Shown piece by piece: positions 61,067 to 64,000 of a stretch of DNA of 64,000 nucleotides. The number at the start of each line of letters is the position of its first letter. Within the stretch, counting starts at the first letter, position 1. The position numbers were made by a program, and so were the translations under genes. The notes below the pieces were generated by a model. It made no database searches and had not been told where the DNA came from. It worked only from the letters and a program-made list of their open reading frames with translations. The DNA is from Pseudomonadales bacterium (GTDB lineage: Bacteria; Pseudomonadota; Gammaproteobacteria; Pseudomonadales; Azotimanducaceae). The stretch lies in NCBI GenBank assembly GCA_041686955.1, contig JAWLCV010000009.1, forward strand, positions 459-64,458, in the 5' to 3' direction.

Positions 61067-62800
61067 GTGATCATTCTCGGCCTCTCCGGCGCCCTCGGCC
61101 ACGACCCTTCCGCAGCGATCATCATCGACGGCGAGGTGGTGGCGGCGGCGGAGGAAGAGCGCTTCGTCAGGGAAAAGCACGCCAAGAACCGGCTGCCGCT
61201 GGAGTCCGCCCGGTACTGTCTGCGTGCCGCCGGTGTGGGTCCCCGCCAGGTGGACGTGGTGGCCTACCCCTATGCCCCCATCAGCCTGTTCCGCCAGGCC
61301 CGCTGGCACTACGCGCGCCGCTACTGGTATGCGCCGGAGCGCTCCCTGGACGCGCTCTTGAACGGCAACCGCCGGTTCCGCCGCAATCGCCGTCGGGCGG
61401 TGGAGCTGGGGGATCAGCTCGGCATCGACTGGAACCGCACCGAGTTCGTGCCCGTGGAGCACCACCTGGCGCACGCCTCCAGCGCCTACCACCTGAGCGG
61501 CTTCGAGGAAAAGACCGCCATCATGTGCGTGGATGGCAAGGGCGAGTACGCCACCACCTTCTTCGGCTACGGCGAGAACGGGCGCATCCGCCGCATCAGG
61601 GAGTTCTACGATCCCGACTCCCTGTCCGGCGTGTACGGCGCAATGACCGAGTACCTCGGCTTCGAGATGCTGGACGGCGAGTACAAGGTCATGGGAATGG
61701 CGCCGTACGGCGACCCGGACCGCTACGACCTGTCCCGGCTCATCCGTCCCAAAGGCCGCGGCTTCGAAGTCGACACCCGTTACGTCAATACCGTGGGCCT
61801 GCGCCGTTACAAGGAAAACGGCGTGGGATATTACTTCAGCGACAAGCTGGTGGACTGGCTGGGGCCCCGGCGCATGGGCGACGTGGCCGACGAGCCGTAC
61901 ATTCACTATGCCGCCGCCATGCAGCGGATGTTCGAGGAGTGGTGCCTGAAGCTGCTGGAAACCCATCTCGGCGACGTGCTGCGGGAGACCGGCAAGCTGG
62001 CCTTCGCCGGAGGCGGAGCGCTCAACGTCAAGCTCAACCAGCGCATCGTCGGCCTCGATCACGTTGACGAGCTGTTCGTGCAGCCCGCGGCGGGCGATTC
62101 CGGCACGGCGCTGGGGGCCGCCAGCTTCGTGGCCGCCGACCGGGGCGAGCGGCCCGGCCGCATGAACCACGTCTATCTCGGGCCGTGCTACGACGACGAC
62201 GAATGTCTCGAGGCCCTGGAGTCGTGCCGTCAGCCGGTGCGCTGGAACAAGCTTTCCGACGTGCCGCGGGAGACGGCGGCGCTGTTGGCCGAGGGGCACC
62301 CCGTCGCCTGGTTCCAGGGGCGCATGGAGTTCGGGCCGCGGGCGCTCGGCGCCCGCAGCATCCTCGGCTGTCCCAGCATTCCCGGGATCGCCGATCGCAT
62401 CAATGAGCAGATCAAGTTCCGCGAGCGCTGGCGGCCGTTCTGCCCCAGCGTGCTGGACCGGGTGGCGCCGGAGATCGTGCAGACCGACCATCCCGCGCCG
62501 TTCATGACCATCACCTTCGACGTGGCGGACGCGTGGAAATCGCGGATTCCGGAAGTGGTGCACGAGGACGGCACGGCCCGGGTGCAGGTGGTGGAGCGGG
62601 CTCACAACCCCCGCTACTACGCCGTGCTCGAAGAGATGGAGCGGCTCACGGGCAACGGCGTGGTGCTCAACACGTCCCTCAACCGGCGCGGCGAGCCCAT
62701 GGTGTGCTCGCCTGGGGATGCCCTGAACATGTTCTTCGGCTCCGATCTGGAATACCTGGTCATGGAGGACTACCTGGTGACCAAGGCCGACCATGAGTGA
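61067..62800 (+). CDS. carbamoyltransferase (NodU/CmcH family)
   Basis: GTG start. IILGLSGALGHDPSAAIIIDGEVVAAAEEERFVREKH..., VEHHLAHASSAY and FRERWRPFCPSV...VHEDGTARVQ...NTSLNRRGEPMV. 577 aa. Confidence 0.9.
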   Translation: MIILGLSGALGHDPSAAIIIDGEVVAAAEEERFVREKHAKNRLPLESARYCLRAAGVGPRQVDVVAYPYAPISLFRQARWHYARRYWYAPERSLDALLNGNRRFRRNRRRAVELGDQLGIDWNRTEFVPVEHHLAHASSAYHLSGFEEKTAIMCVDGKGEYATTFFGYGENGRIRRIREFYDPDSLSGVYGAMTEYLGFEMLDGEYKVMGMAPYGDPDRYDLSRLIRPKGRGFEVDTRYVNTVGLRRYKENGVGYYFSDKLVDWLGPRRMGDVADEPYIHYAAAMQRMFEEWCLKLLETHLGDVLRETGKLAFAGGGALNVKLNQRIVGLDHVDELFVQPAAGDSGTALGAASFVAADRGERPGRMNHVYLGPCYDDDECLEALESCRQPVRWNKLSDVPRETAALLAEGHPVAWFQGRMEFGPRALGARSILGCPSIPGIADRINEQIKFRERWRPFCPSVLDRVAPEIVQTDHPAPFMTITFDVADAWKSRIPEVVHEDGTARVQVVERAHNPRYYAVLEEMERLTGNGVVLNTSLNRRGEPMVCSPGDALNMFFGSDLEYLVMEDYLVTKADHE

Positions 62801-63875
62801 GGCGGCACAGCGCCTGCTGCTGCAGGTCTGCCCCAACGATCATCCGCCCTTCGCCGATATCTGCAGCTACTACGAAGCCGCCGCTCGGAGCCTGGGCTGG
62901 CGGCCCCGCACCGTGATGCTGCACCGCCGGGCGACCGAGCCGGTGCCGGGCTTCGAGTATCCCGGCGAGGGCGATTTCGAGGCGGTCGTGCGCACGCTGC
63001 TCGGGGAGGAGGCCCCCGTGCTCACCTTGTGCCACCGCCATGAGGCCTACCGGGCGGTGATCACCAGCCGGGCGGTGCGCGGTCCGGTGGTGGCGGTGGC
63101 TCACGAGTTCGGCTTCTTCGAGCGTCGCCGGCGCCGTCTGCGCCGGCGTTGGGATGCGCTGCTGCGCCGGCCGCGGGTCCGCTTCGCCGGCGTCTCCGAC
63201 GCGGTGGTGGAGGAACTGGCGCTGGACGTCGACGACCCGCTCCTGCTTCCCAACGGCATGGATCTGCCGCGCGCCGACGCCGCCCGGATTCCCCGCCCCG
63301 AGGCTCGGGCCGCGCTCGGACTGTCGGACGCCGAGTTCTGTATCGGCGTGGTGGGACGCCTGCACCCCAAGAAGAATCCGCAGCTCGCCCTCGACGGCTT
63401 CGCTGCTGCTGCCGGCCGCATGCCCCGGGCGCGGCTGGTGTTCCTGGGCGACGGCGCCCTGCGTCCGGAGCTGCGCCAGCGGGCCGGCGATCTGCGGGTG
63501 TCGTTCACCGGATTCGTGGCCGACGCGCCGCACCTGATGCCCGCCTTCGATCTGCTGGTGGTGCCGTCCGGGGGCCGCGAAGCCTTCGGTATGGTGGTGC
63601 TGGAAGCCATGGCAGCGGGCGTTCCGGTGCTGTGCGGGCCATCGCCGGGGCCGCGGTTCGTCATGGACGAGCTCGGGCGCCGCTTCGCGCCCGCGGCCCC
63701 CGATGTCCTGGGCGAGGCCCTGGTGGCCGCCTACGTGGACTGGGAAGCCGGGGTCCTGGGAGCGCACGTTCGACAAGCGCGCGAACGGGTCGAGCAGGAG
63801 TTCTCGGTGCCGGCGGCGGCCCGCCGCCTCGAGGCGCTGGTGAACGACCTTCAGCGGGGGGCCGTGCGGGCGTAG
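62793..63875 (+). CDS. glycosyltransferase family 4 (core oligosaccharide, WapH-like position)
   Basis: GVVGRLHPKKNP...LVFLGDG...FDLLVVPS..EAFGMVVLEAMAAGVPV (E-x7-E motif). ATG overlaps the upstream stop. Confidence 0.85.
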   Translation: MSEAAQRLLLQVCPNDHPPFADICSYYEAAARSLGWRPRTVMLHRRATEPVPGFEYPGEGDFEAVVRTLLGEEAPVLTLCHRHEAYRAVITSRAVRGPVVAVAHEFGFFERRRRRLRRRWDALLRRPRVRFAGVSDAVVEELALDVDDPLLLPNGMDLPRADAARIPRPEARAALGLSDAEFCIGVVGRLHPKKNPQLALDGFAAAAGRMPRARLVFLGDGALRPELRQRAGDLRVSFTGFVADAPHLMPAFDLLVVPSGGREAFGMVVLEAMAAGVPVLCGPSPGPRFVMDELGRRFAPAAPDVLGEALVAAYVDWEAGVLGAHVRQARERVEQEFSVPAAARRLEALVNDLQRGAVRA

Positions 63876-64000
63876 GGGCTCGCCTCTCCCGGAGGCCGCG
63901 TCTTGAAGCGACGGTGTGCCCACAGGTACTGTTCCGGCCGTTCCCGTACCGCCGCTTCGATGAGTCTGTTGATCCGCGTCGCGTCCGCCACCTCGTCGCC
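63851..64000 (-). CDS. lipid A biosynthesis lauroyl/myristoyl acyltransferase (LpxL/HtrB family), C-terminal 49 codons; gene starts beyond the window end
   Basis: Not in the ORF track. The reverse complement reads ...GDEVADATRINRLIEAAVRERPEQYLWAHRRFKTRPPGEASPYARTAPR*. PEQYLW.HRRFKTRP is the conserved LpxL-family C-terminus. Confidence 0.65.
   Translation of the reverse strand, partial: GDEVADATRINRLIEAAVRERPEQYLWAHRRFKTRPPGEASPYARTAPR

Overview
High-GC chromosomal segment, roughly two-thirds G+C by eye, most likely from a gammaproteobacterium. It is almost entirely housekeeping genes, and their order closely follows Pseudomonas/E. coli core synteny. Gene order: metK | tkt-pgk-hydrolase | lipoprotein + GGDEF-EAL | serA <> D-2-hydroxyglutarate-dehydrogenase-like oxidase | rpiA <> ilvA | def-ygfA-ssrS(6S RNA)-zapA-TIGR02449-like <> ygfB-pepP-ubiH-gcvT-gcvH-gcvPA-gcvPB | yyaL <> rppH-ptsP | phoD, NRDE | lgt-thyA-folA | S9 peptidase-NAD-kinase-like-fabV | class III cyclase, hemE | about 6 kb of small miscellaneous genes (VanZ, VOC, RRM protein, DUF4404, MmcQ, YaiI, L,D-transpeptidase, DUF2784, MFS, GNAT, cupin, GGDEF) | ilvD-argA | orphan GspE-type ATPase | glnE-ilvE-waaF-waaC-waaG-waaP-double kinase-carbamoyltransferase-glycosyltransferase | lpxL-like fragment. 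I saw no rRNA, tRNA, CRISPR array, transposase, integrase or phage genes. One ncRNA (6S RNA) is recognisable by direct similarity to E. coli ssrS. Many very long ORFs in the track, up to 1438 aa, are antisense or off-frame shadows of real genes, as expected at this GC content. I did not find a convincing novel multi-gene system. The best leads are: (1) a family of intergenic inverted-repeat elements built from 7-bp-phased TCCGCT units, with three copies; (2) two perfect tandem minisatellites, one 18-bp intergenic and one 15-bp inside the N-terminus of an orphan GspE-type ATPase; (3) an RRM RNA-binding protein gene with a long lower-GC leader; (4) a translationally coupled lipoprotein/GGDEF-EAL pair; (5) a fused double LPS-kinase ORF. 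All function calls come from reading the translations against remembered family signatures. No searches were run, and start codons are often uncertain.
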